Of a stretch of 64,000 nucleotides of DNA, positions 12,701 to 24,758 are shown piece after piece. This DNA comes from Magallana gigas (lineage: Eukaryota): NCBI RefSeq assembly GCF_963853765.1, contig NC_088854.1:12214001-12278000 (forward strand), in the 5' to 3' direction. The position numbers were made by a program, and so were the translations under genes. The notes under the pieces were generated by a model. The model was not told the origin of the DNA and did no database searches. It saw only the letters and a list, made by a program, of their open reading frames with translations. Within the stretch, counting starts at the first letter, position 1, and every line of letters starts with the position of its first letter.

Positions 12701-15700
12701 GGTTAGGCCAAAATAAATTAATAGTGTGTTTCCTATTCCAGCTTGAAAAAAAATAGGGTAGGTAGGTAGGGAAAACATTTTATTTTATTTAAACATTTTA
12801 TTTTTTTTTCACTTTAACAACAATGAACAAGTTGAAAAGATGAGTTTATTTTTTTCTGCCAAAAGGGCGGCTTACAACTGGCAATTTTCCCAGAGTATAG
12901 CAGTCATTGCACAGAGGAAGAACAGTTTTATATTGTTTTTTATAATCTTGTGATATTTCGCCTCCCTCTGCTCCACAATGGCAACATGTGTCTTTTCTAC
13001 CAATGTCTCCACTGTAGTATGTTACTTCAACAGTGGATGCACATGACATTTGAGATCTCGTCATCACAACTCCATGCAATAAATGGTGTGGCGGTGTGAT
13101 GGGGGCACCACAAGTATAATCAAATTCGCTGAGTATGATTACAAGAGAAACCTTCTGTCTTTCGGTTAACACATGCTTTGAGTATAATACTCTTGGTTTT
13201 CTGCACTCTACACAAAGAATTGTTGCTCTTGCATGCTGTGCCGTAGTAAGGCGGAAGTCTGCAAACTTTGGCTCCTCCATGACTTGAAGCTCTGGTTTGG
13301 ATAAATTACTGGATTCATCTACATCTAATACCTCCTGATTCGACTCTTCTGTTTCATCATCTCTCTCCGGTGCCTCCATGACGGTCTCTTGGTCCATCTC
13401 ATGAATCTTTTTTGCTTTCTTCACTTTCACCTCTTTTAATGAAGGTCTTCCTTCCTGTGTATCCTGAAACTTGACACTTTGATATGGCAAAAAATGATCA
13501 CTATCATTCTCATTTATCACTGGGTCTGGTAGCCATATCAGGTCTTCCTGTGACAATGTAGCAGGTAAACAGCATCCTGCATCTTCACACTTTCTTATCT
13601 GAAAGGTATAATGTCTTTGGCGACAATGTCTCTCTATCCACTGTGTGTAGGACTGTACTTTTTTGGTATGCACCTTCTGTAATTTTTGCAAATTCAGTTC
13701 TGGGAAGTGTTCTCTAAGATGTCGTTGCAGTATATCAATATCATCATCAGAAATGGGATCTATAGCCTGCATTGCTTTATCTTTCAACTTCAGACGCAAA
13801 AACCGATTCCTTATTGTTGACTGAACAGGTTCTATACTTTCTCTCCACTTCTCTCTGATTTCTGGATTCTTCTCAGCAAGAGCTCGAATACTTGCCATAC
13901 TCCCACATTTTTTTAGCATTTTCTCTGTTTCTTCATCACCTTTTCCTCGCTCTAAAGCACAGTTTTGTAATGCAATGTTCAAAACTGACATAATTCTCTC
14001 TGCTGGGTTCATCCAACTATGTCCAGGAGCACAGCGAGCCAATATCATCATATCTAGATCAAGTTCGTAAAAGATGCAAATTGATGCACACACTACCGAC
14101 TCAAGTGTGTTCCTTTGGTCCGTTCCTCCATCCGTAAATTTCATCAGAATTTTGGCATCTTTCTGTGGACTATTCAGAAACACCTTAATTAGTGCAGCTG
14201 CATGCCGAAAAGGACTGGACATTTCAAAAACAGAATCATTGACAATGTTGGTCACTGTACCACGAACAAATGACTGATTAACAGCATTTGGAACATCACA
14301 CTGCAGAATAACTGATGGTGTTAAGGATGACTTATGCATATCATGGTCTTTGGCTGCCAGTGTTGTACTCACTGGTGCAAGTGTTTTCTTTCCTCTTACT
14401 CCTGTTGAAATTGGTGCATCAGGCTCACCAACAGGGATTTTTGCTTTATCATCACAGAAAAATACTGCTACAATCTCCCTCTCTTCTACAGCTCTTTCTT
14501 TGAAGTATTTGAACTGTGTACAACAGTAATGTTCATCTGGGTGCGTAGCTCTCAGTTGCCGTCTCTGGATTTTATACTGCACTTGAATTTTGGATGTAAA
14601 GTTCAAGGCTTTGTGAGTGTACGGATTTCTTGGGGCAAACTGCAATCTTACAAGGCTCTTGGAAGGGATAGGTGTACCAGCTGGACATTTTTCTTTCGTT
14701 TTTTCCACAAGTTCTCCAAGTGATAACCATTCAGATAAATGTGCAATATTATGCCTTCTCTCATCAGCTGCAGTTATTTCTTCCACAACAGAACACAAAT
14801 GCTCAAAAAAGATGTCATATCGTCCAGTTGGTCTACCTGTGTTGAGATGTCTCAAATCAGCCAACAGACCTTTCTCCCCTAGAAATATAAGACGAAGTCT
14901 TTCCATTGTGGAGGGGTGACAAGCTGTACTTGCATCTAGAGTAAGCTCCTTGTAGATGAAATCAGCCACAGATGGCAATACATGTGTAACGTGTTGTAGT
15001 CTCTCTCTAAATAAAGCCTTTTGAGATCTTGTATGGTATTCTTGCAAGTAAGGGCGTGCTTTCTGTAGGATTCGTGCTCCTTCAATGAGAATCTGCTGTG
15101 TGGGACGGTCTGAAGAAACCTTTACAATACAGTTTATGGTAACTGAAGATCCCCCTGGGCTAAATCGAATAAGATCAATAGGCATAGAAAGTTGTAACTG
15201 TTCAAAATATCGAAACTTTTCTTTTGAATTCTCAAATAGATTCTTTAAATGTTTGTCTTCATTGAAAACAACTGGAGTCAAGAGAGGTTGTTTCTTCATT
15301 TCCTGATCCAGAAGTTCATATTGTGGTTTAACATTAAAAAGAGTCATCCTCCTGTGCTCGACTGTTGCATGTTCATCTATGGTTCGAACTGGGTGGTCCA
15401 GACTGTGATTATGACTCACTGTTTCATTCTGTTTCCTGAGGTATTCTCTGTATGCATCCATGCATTCTGCCAATTGTCTTATTACCTCCCCTGCCTTTTT
15501 CCATGCTGGGCTACTTCCAACCACTGGTTTCAGCAGAATACTGAAAATTTCAAAATTGAAACTTAGTATTAACCTGTTTTAGAATACATTATTTTTGGTT
15601 CATCATACTACCCTACTGAAAACATACGTTAGGTTTCGTTTTGATAATACAGTGTTACTAAAATCTAAAATTTATTGGGCCAAATTTAACATCAAAATAT

Positions 15701-18700
15701 TATTTAAAAAACATTGTTAAAACAAACTGTGTGATAACTTCTGTTAAAAATAATAATTTAAAAGCAATTATTTAGATAGCTAAAATATGAAATTTAATTC
15801 ACAAATAATGATTCAAACCTATATAAGGCTTGGCTATGACTGTTCAACTGATCTGCTGAAAGGGGAGACTCCTTCAACTTCTTTCTCTTCACTTCATTGT
15901 ATCCACTGAATTTCAAAAAGGCATTTGGAATTGGCAGTACTTCTTTCTTTCTCAAAGCAGCATCATTTATTACCTGGTGCTGATTGGTCAAATACCACAA
16001 TGCATTGCACAAAACCTAGGAGATATTTTCAAGAGTATAAACAAAATGTAAAAAATATTTATAAATCAATACTTAAAGTAATGCATGTAACAAGCCATTC
16101 ACTTCAGTTTGTTGAAATTGGCTGGTTTTAATCAAAAAGTATGTTGTCTAGATGATAATGCTAAGTGATTTCCATGCATTTTGGTATTAATTCAAGCAAC
16201 TGTGGATTAAAACTTTGAAGCATTAGGCTTGCATGTGATTTTGAAATTGTACCATACAAATTTCACGCAACACAATAGAGATCTTCAAGCACAAATCTGA
16301 TTTATAAAATTGTCAGATAGTTTTAGCATTAAGGCCTAAAAGTTAAGTTAGAATATGAGATATATTGCAGTGCACACTGAAGGATTGAGATATATGTATA
16401 TACTGTATACAAAGTACTTTTCATCTTTGCTTCTTTAAATTTGTGTTTAATCCACCCACACTTAATGGTCAAATATTAAACAGGACAAATTTTTATATTA
16501 AATATACAAAATAAAAGTTTATATCCATTTAATATATAAACTTTGAGCATTAAAATTTCAAAGTGTTGTCAGGTGAGCATGAAAAAAACCCTGTATACAG
16601 TATTGAAGACAAAGAGGTATGCATATATACACCCAAACCAACTACATATTAAATACATACCCTAAGAAAATCTGTATAAAAACATTAAAATCAACTTTAT
16701 ATAAAGCATTTCAGGTACATAATACTGTTCTTTTAAACCATACTGGAAATTTCTTTTTTTTTTGTTTTTGTGGTGTCAATGAGGCCATTTAATAAATACC
16801 TGCAAAAAGTAAGCCCCCTCTGTCTCGGCAGTAGATCTAGGGAAGTCTAGGTGCTTTCCTTTAAAGTCATCAAGGAGATCATTTAGAAGCTCATCTTTTC
16901 GAGTCAAACCAGTCTTCTTTCCAGAGCTGATGTGTTTGATAATATTGAAATATATACTTTGCCTATGCTATTAAACTTAGTTGTCAGTCAAACACAAATC
17001 TAAAACTTGTATACCTGTATTCACATGTCAGATAAATAATGAATACATAATGAATAAATAAATAAAACAAAAAACATGTTTTAAACAAGCCAAAGCAAAA
17101 CAGATACACAAAAATTCAATACCTGGATGTTTTTTTCGCTGGAAATGAACGCCCTTTTGCCATCAAAACTTGGAATGCATTAATAGCTTTCCTGGTTGCA
17201 GATTCGGCCGCTATTAACACCCCTGTGTTCATTGCAGGTTCATCTTCAGGCTCACAGACAAACTCTAAATATTTCATCTGAAATCCAACCAAATCTCCCA
17301 CCGATACACTGCCTTGGACCTCATATGGATCAGTGTCTTTTGTATGTGGCTTACTTGGCCAGCACAAAATCGAAGTTTTGCTGCCTTTAGGCCAATCAGA
17401 TGGCCCCTCGTGATACATCTCAAAAACACTGAACAATGATGCATTGTTTTTTACCGTTGTCATAAAGTTTTTACCCCCCTGGTGATGACACTTTCGAATT
17501 GTTAATGCCAACAATGTGCTTGGCAAGCACGATGCCATTTTCCATAAGAAATCACTGTCAAAATAAATCTTTAAATTGGTGTAGAGTATTTGTTTTCTCA
17601 AACACGGAAGTGACTAAGATTGGAATTTCTAAAAGTGAAACCGGAATCGTTGATATCCGGATTAATATATCGACGGTAAAATGTTTAGGGTCGGGGCATA
17701 TTTTTAGGGTCGGTCGGGGAACCGGAAACACACTATTAATTTATCTACGCCTTAGTGGGGACGTAATTTTGAGTATTATCGTATTCCTACGAGAGGAAAT
17801 ATGACTTTATAACCCTAATTTATTACTTCGTGGGAATGATAATTCGTGGATGAGAGATACCCATGAATCCCACGAAAATTGAGCCACCACGAAATCTAAT
17901 GATTCCACAGTAACAGTATATAAATGAATTTTACGATAAAGCCTATGCTTTCTTAACTTTATCGATATATAGTGCATTGAAACATTAAGTATCACTACTG
18001 GGAGCAAGAATGACTGCTGAATGACTCACTTGGTGTCTGTCTTGAGCTTGTCCATTCGAGTCTTAAGTTTCTCACACTTGAGTTCCAGTTTGATGGCTTT
18101 CTCACACATACTGGTGCTCTGATCTACTGCTCGCTGAAGCTCACATGAAAGTTTGTTATTCTCTTCCTTTAAAAGTAAATACATGTTCATTATACTGTAA
18201 ACGTATCATATTTGGCGTGTACGATATTTGGCGGAAATTAATTTTTTAACAAGTTGGCATGGATTTGAATTAGCGTATTCCTAAATGTGATTATTCTTAT
18301 ACATATATACATGGATTTAGCAATGCACTTGATTTAGCGGAGGCCGTATTCTGCCAAAAGCGCTAAAAAGAATACACAGCCAAATGTTATATGTTTACAG
18401 TATACAATTTGTATTTCACTGTCATGGATCTTATAGGTACAACATATAATGCATTTCTGTTTCTGATATGCATTCTTTTTTGATAAAAAAATTAAAATTG
18501 CCCTAAATTAAACAGCACAGAATTTTATCATATTTACTTTTTGTGAAATGTGCAAAACAGGTATATGGAAATGATTTAAAATACCTCCAAAACTTTATTT
18601 TTCTCTATCAAATTCTTTAGATCCTCTGAGGATGTTGACGAGGAAGTTGTGTCAATGCTCCTATGAAATAAACATCAAAATACAGAAACTGAAAATAGCT

Positions 18701-21245
18701 CCTAGGAACAGTTATGTCGAGACTTCTCATTTGATGACCAATGTCAGGATTACTTACATTGAGGACACTCCTCCGCCATTAACCAGCTGTACCTGCAGTT
18801 GTTGTACCTACAATATGGAGTAGTACATCAAACCAAAGAGTGTTTAAAATATTTCTTACATTTTGAATTAAGGTACATTTAATCTACAATCAAATATTTC
18901 CAGTAAATCATAACATTTTTACCAGAATTCAGACTATTCTTTCACATTCATTTTTTCTGGAAGGAAGAATGAAATAAATAGAAATCAGAATTACCAGTTG
19001 CTTGAGGCGATAGATTTCGGCAGCCTGTGGATCTCTGTTGATAACAGGCTTGTTCTTAATTTTCCTGGCCCTGTCCGCATACCTCAGAGTATTCAGTGTT
19101 TCCTCCATGTTAGAATCTGCTGGACTCACACAGGCAATCATCAAAGTGTAACTATTCCCACCCAAAGAATCTACCAAAATATCCGTAATACAAATTATTT
19201 ATATTCGATTCCTTAAATATCATGCAAACTGCAACCATAAGTATCCCAATATCTTTAGTAATTTTAAAATATATAATATGTAAAAAGTCACATAAATACT
19301 TGGAATCACTATCAATTATGGGATATCTCTTATCCAGGAATGATATCTCCAACAAATTATGACATGCAGTCTTCCTTCATAAAAGCATTTCCATCAAATT
19401 ATTATTAAACGTTAAAAAGTTGACCATCATCGAATCTAAATTAAAGTAATCTCTGTTTGTTCAATATAAACAAACCTTGCAGTAGCCTGGTCAGTTTGCT
19501 GTCCCTGTAGGGAATGTGATTCCTGGCCTGACTCTCCTCCCCCAGGGCACTGATTACATTCCCTAGAGACAGCAGGCCTTTGTTAATGTTGACACCCTCC
19601 TTAAACCTGTCCCCCACAGCCTGGGTCCTCTTGGCCCTCTCTGAACCAGCCAGATCAACCAGGTGAAACTTACACTTACAGACATCGTCCCTGTTAGGGT
19701 TAAACCAAGTATAAAAATATAGCACCGGTGAGTGATTTTAAAGCATCTTAATAACCAGTTTTAAAATTTTTATCAAATTAAAAGTGATAATTCTTATTCC
19801 ACACTTAAACTTACATATCCTGTTTCTTTTTTTGTTCAATATGTATTGTGAAGATAGCATGGGATCGGCTTGAATATGTGTTCATGGCTGTTGAACCTGT
19901 TGTACGACCACTTGAACCACTCTGAAGGCAGTTCATGGTTTCTTCAAAGCTCTGAACTGCAACCTCTGACAGACCAGGTAACTGTCAAGAGAAAATTTTA
20001 AAGGAATTTTTATTTCAAAATTTTATGCATTCTACGACTTGAATTCTTAGTCACCATTTCCATGATTTCAGGTGTATTATAAAATAGATGTTTGTTTAAA
20101 AAGGCAAGAATAAGGGCTTTCACAGCTTTGCAAAATGACTGAGAGATTAAGTCCAATTTACACAATAGAATTGTTTTTACCATGCACTCATTCATGATCT
20201 TAAAATACATGTACCTTAATTTGTCCATTAACATCTTCTCTAATAGCTAATGGCTCGCGCTTTGCAGCTGGACATAACAAATCATTGATGTCCTCATTAT
20301 GGATCTACAAAAATATTCATTTAGCTTGGATATCACAAAATCAAAACATGCACAAACATCACTTTAATTAATAAGAATTTTTACAGCACAAAATGCTGCT
20401 TTTTCCTCACAAAATCAAAATACATCAGTGCAAAGGATCTTTAATCTAATTAGACTGTTTTCCAATATCTTAAGTTTATCTGATAATATCCTTAATTATT
20501 TGTATGTATAAGTATGCTACATCACTCTATGCAAGATGTTGGATCACAAAATTCAGCTAAACAAGGTGCAACTACCGCAACTTGTTTTCAAAAAATGTCA
20601 ACTAATTAGTTTAATAGTCTAAAAATACAATTCATCCAAAAAATTTAGTATTGGTTTTGACTGTGATAGATTTACCTCTAAGTAAGAAACTTTAACAGTG
20701 AAGTCAGAGTTTTTCCTTTCATTAATGCCATTAAAGAGCTCTCGAATCACTCGTGGAATAATTCCCATTTCTGTTTCGTCTTCATTGAGTGATGCTTCGT
20801 AACATCCTCCCATGGTAAAGGTCTTACCACTTCCTGTTTGTCCATATGCCAAAACTGTGGCATTGTATCCTTCAACACAGAATTTTGAAATTATAGATTT
20901 AAGTGAATAATATATACATGATAATGGTGATCAATATGCAATTGGTCCTTATCTATCCTCTCATTTTTGAAAATAAATATCATGGTTATTTAATTATAAA
21001 TATGTGTGAGTACCTTTAAAAATGTGTTTGATGAGCGGGAAAACAGATTCCTGATACACAAAAGGTTGACTTTCTGCTGGGTTGAAGACATAGTCGTACG
21101 TAAAAGCTTTGTCCTTCCCCAAGATGATCTGTGGTTCATCAGGCGTGAAGCTTACACAAACTTGACATCCCTCGTTCGTTTCTTTTTGAATGAGAGGCCT
21201 GGCACGCACTGCAACCCTTACAGGGATAACTTTCCCCTCTGACAT
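3759..21245 (-). CDS. KIF4: Chromosome-associated kinesin KIF4 (kinesin-4), about 25 coding exons
   Basis: Spliced GT-AG exons encode the kinesin motor ([31 protein letters not shown]-loop, [11 protein letters not shown] switch [10 protein letters not shown] switch [37 protein letters not shown]), a long coiled coil (exons ~18.8-6.2 kb) and the KIF4 Cys-rich tail ([16 protein letters not shown], ~4635-4795). Last exon ends FFGPLE* at 3759. A probable non-coding exon lies near 21470. Confidence 0.94.
4860..5256 (+). mobile_element. Non-autonomous hairpin element, probable Crypton partner (decayed copy), in a KIF4 intron
   Basis: Long imperfect palindrome 4862-5023 with apex CCGATGTGAAGCGTTGG and a 39-bp tandem duplication of the left arm. 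Body and end (..CAGTATTTAACATGAAAGTAC) are homologous to the element at 60516-60888 in the opposite orientation. No ORF. Confidence 0.68.
7731..10292 (+). mobile_element. Crypton-type tyrosine-recombinase transposon, copy 1 (subfamily A), in a KIF4 intron
   Basis: Starts GTTATAGTTA, has a perfect 48-bp-arm hairpin (7736-7858), a YR gene, a 3' palindrome GGAAGTTATTGTACAG/CTGTACAATAACTTCC (10154-10189) and ends CCGTGATACAA. The same terminal motifs occur in copies 2 and 3. Confidence 0.85.
8316..10006 (+). CDS. Crypton tyrosine recombinase (DUF3504-like); exons 8316-9105 and 9489-10006; N-terminus frameshifted
   Basis: The phase-1 GT-AG intron joins in frame (..[17 protein letters not shown]..). 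Motifs [50 protein letters not shown] (Arg I), [15 protein letters not shown] and VRKYK (Tyr). The homologous N-terminal segment ([11 protein letters not shown]) is in another frame, from ATG 8120. Confidence 0.85.
12706..17751 (-). mobile_element. Zator-superfamily DNA transposon, apparently autonomous, 5046 bp
   Basis: TIRs GGCCAAAATAAATTAATAGTGTGTTTCC and (reverse complement) GGCGTAGATAAATTAATAGTGTGTTTCC. 3-bp TTA target duplication at 12703-12705 and 17752-17754. GG termini with a TWA TSD match the Zator definition. Confidence 0.82.
12846..17538 (-). CDS. Zator-type DDE transposase, 4 exons (17538-17123, 16962-16800, 16015-15819, 15540-12846), 1156 aa
   Basis: All three GT-AG introns join in frame (phases 2, 0, 2; 3471 nt in total). 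Motifs [20 protein letters not shown] and [14 protein letters not shown] match the Zator/TP36 D-D-E signatures. C-terminal Cys motifs [12 protein letters not shown] and CNDC. Confidence 0.8.
18193..18402. mobile_element. MITE with TACTGTAAAC TIRs (Tc1/mariner-like, TA flanks)
   Basis: TACTGTAAAC..GTTTACAGTA ends. A homologous copy lies at 51938-52164. Confidence 0.7.
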
Positions 21246-22704
21246 ATTGGATATACCTTACCTCCTTACCTCTGTAAACTTATCCTTGGACCTAAAGATA
21301 AACCATTGACACTGCACATACATTATAAGTAAATGAGCCACTGTTAGTGCGATGCCATCAAAATGCAAAGTAAGGTACTGATCTCTTCTTATGTAAATTA
21401 AATACAAATAATTGGATATTTAAAATAAAACATTTATTTCGAACAAAAATAAGATGTCGTTTTTGTTTTACCTCTTCGAAGTTACCGCGACTCTCCATAT
21501 AAACTATCCAATGAAAATACGAATTGATATCGAGGCTGAAGTTCGGAGTTTTGGATTCCCGATCCCGATCTCAATTAAATAGGGGTGGCATTCAGTTACA
21601 TGTAATTGTTATTTGGAAAAAAAAGGTTGATCTCTTAGAGACAATCATAAATTTTTGACCACCAGATTTATTCATTTTCATATCTTTTATATCGTAAAAC
21701 ACATTGAAATTCAATAGTTTTCTAATGCAATTTTCTAAAATGATTTCTTGTTTTTAATTAATATATTTTTACAAATGTTAAAAACGGTAAGCATCAAATA
21801 ATAAAATGATTTCCCCCTGAATAGATGATGAGAGGCATTATGAAACATATATAAGCCATAATTTTAAATTGACGGCCCATGCATTGATTCAGTTAGTCAA
21901 CTCATGTAGTATATAATTATTATTATATCAAAATGATTTGAATCTTTACGTTATATTTTAATAATATGAGTGCCTTGGCTTAAGTTATTGAGATTGGTTA
22001 TAGTTAAGTTTAATTTTTTCCAATTTAATTTAGTATTTATCGATTGAACGTAGTTCTGTATAACGAATTAATTTTTCTCAAGAAGTTTCCATCGCTACAA
22101 TTTACTTTAGAATGAATTCTTTGTGAGTAATCTTGTTAATGACATTTTTCCTAAGAATATTTTATTCATTTTTCAACTTTAAAAAAAATATGGGTGGGTG
22201 TACACTCTTTTAAATTCAATAGACTGCATGGTCAGTTATCCGACCGGTTAAAGAAGTAAGTTGAGAGGTTTCACTGTTCAGAGGTAAGTTGGTATAAACC
22301 GATAGAAAAAAATGTTACATACACATGCAGGCAAGTAGCATCTTTTTGAAAAATTGGAGTAGGACGAGGACGGGCCGGGGGGGGGGGGACAGATTGACAT
22401 TCCCCCAAAAAACCTATAAAAAAAAAACCAACGATATCGTCAATCTTCAAAACTCTATTATCCGTGAAGAAGTGAAAAGAAGTTAGTCCAAAGTATCTAT
22501 TGATTAATTACGTTCATTTTACCATTTTTAAATTTGCTCTCACAAAGGGGCGACTTAATTCTCCTTGATGCGAGAAAAAGTGGAGGAGGGGACTTTTTCA
22601 AGATGCAAGAAAGATTTGCCCACTTTTTAGGAAACTTCTGCTGGCTCTGCTAGACTGTGATAGATATCGTATTATTCAAGTACTGTTTGTATTTTCTGAT
22701 GAAT

Positions 22705-22822
22705 CATGCGCGGATCCAGACAATTTTTTCCCGGGGGGAGTTCGAGATATATTTTTGGAATTTTAAGAAATTTGAATTTTCAAGGGGCTTGGACTCCCGA
22801 CTCCCTTTTAGATCAGGGCATG
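22705..22822. mobile_element. Short MITE of the CATGCGCGGATCCAG family
   Basis: Starts CATGCGCGGATCCAG and ends with a degenerate ..TAGATCAGGGCATG. Related ends at 24806-24880, ~36731-36885, 43356-43430 and 45951-46483. Confidence 0.5.
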
Positions 22823-23350
22823 CTACATCATATGCAATATATTGCTATATAAAAAGACACCAAAAAGTTCAATCTAAGAGGAAGTGGGTAACAGTTCCGA
22901 CGAAACAAAATTGTGGATGTTCCGTCGAAACAAAATTGTGGGTGTTCGATCAGACGAAACAAAATTGTGTTCCAACGAAACAAAATTGGGCAAAAAAAAA
23001 GAAAAATTAAAATGACAGGGGTAAGCTTTTTGAAAATTTTTATTATTGTTAATTCTAAAAGCTATGACCATCGGATGGAACGAAAATGTATTATGACGTC
23101 AAATCTGAATGCATCGATTGGCTATGATGTGAATTATAAATGTTGTGCCTTAAAAGAAAGAGTACGATTGAAATCGTTATTAAAATATAGTCCTCACGAG
23201 AATAGGGAGGGTTAAAACTTTGTGTGAAAGTGTGTTGGGAGGGGGGTAAAATTTGAAACACTGTACACATTTCATACTTTTAATGCTATTTTTTTCTTTC
23301 CTGTTGATTTCACTTTAATATACAAATTCATCACCAACCATTTCGTTAAA

Positions 23351-24713
23351 GTTACAGTTATTGAACAATTATTTTGGGTATCACGAGATATTCTGATGGG
23401 TGGTGACGAGTTCGCGTCAGCGAACGAGTTCACACCCATCAGAATATCACGTGATACCCAAAATATAATTGTTCAATAAGGAACTTGTATCATGTCAATC
23501 ATTGGTCACTTGACCCATTGTTTTAGCTCCACCCAAATTAGCACGGACTGAATTCGCGCCTCTTTCATAATAGTTGCGCGATGCAGGACGAAATGGACGT
23601 TGGCGATTTTTCTGCGTTCGATGTTTTCCAGGCGGACATCGATGACCTTACTCTGTCTCAAGTCTGCGAAGAAATGGAAAAAGAAAACGCCGTTTTTGAA
23701 GGATTTGACAAATTGACTATGTCACAGACAATGCAGGCATACGGATTCAGCCATCATGCTGATCCGCTGGACCACATGGATTTTTGTTCCTATGAGCAAA
23801 CAGATTTCGGTTCAAGTATGGTCAATTTCGACGTGAATTTACCCGAGTTGAGTGATGCCGATGTTTTGGTGGAACCTGATATTAAACCGACTGCCAGCGT
23901 ATCTGCTACGGAAAATACCCGTTTTGTTGCACCATTATCAGAAACGGACGTTAAAAATTTGATAGATTCTCAGGAAAATGTCAACACTAAGAAAAACACG
24001 ACCTGGGCGCTCCGTGTGTTTGAGTCTTGGCGTGCACACAGAAACAGTTATGGCGAATCTGTGAAGGAATTGCATGACATGAACACCGAAGAAATGAATT
24101 ACTATCTTGGGCGTTTCATTGCTGAAGCCAGAAAACAGGATGGACAACCGTACCCTCCACGCTCACTATATCTCATTTCCTGTGGCCTTTTACGACACCT
24201 TAGAGACAAGAAAGTTTATGATAAAAACTTTCTCTGCACCAAAACATTGGAGTTTTCCGAATTCCGAAAAATACTCGACGCAAGGATGAAGGAGCTGCTA
24301 CAAATGGGATTCGGCACAAAGGTAAGATTTTGTTTTTTTGCAAAACTAAGTAAAATATTTGAATTTTTGATAATTTGGCTTCTTATCTAATACTGACAAA
24401 TATTTCGATTGAAGGTCAAGCAGGCGCAGGCAGTTCTACCTGAAGACGAAAAAGTGCTTTGGGAAAAGGGTGTCTTCGGAAATTCCACTGCTGAGGCATT
24501 GCAGAGTACGGTGTTCTTCTATGCGTGCAAGTTATTTGCTTTGAGGGGCCACGACGAGCATCACCAGTTAAAATGTGATCAGTTTGCAATTGGAGAAGAT
24601 CAAGGAGGGAAGTATGTTGAATTTTTCGGACGCAGCAATAAAACATACAAAGGTGGCCTCAAGGATCTGGAGATTTCCAACAAAAACATCCGTCATTATT
24701 GCCAGAATGGTAA

Positions 24714-24758
<45 letters not shown>

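Larger units (their letters stand above)
12643..17911. mobile_element. Short TA-type MITE (~220 bp when empty) split by the Zator insertion
   Basis: Imperfect TIRs ACTGTGGAATCATTATATTTCG.. (12643) and ..CGAAATCTAATGATTCCACAGT (17911). Halves 12643-12705 and 17752-17911 rejoin at a single TTA. Confidence 0.7.
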
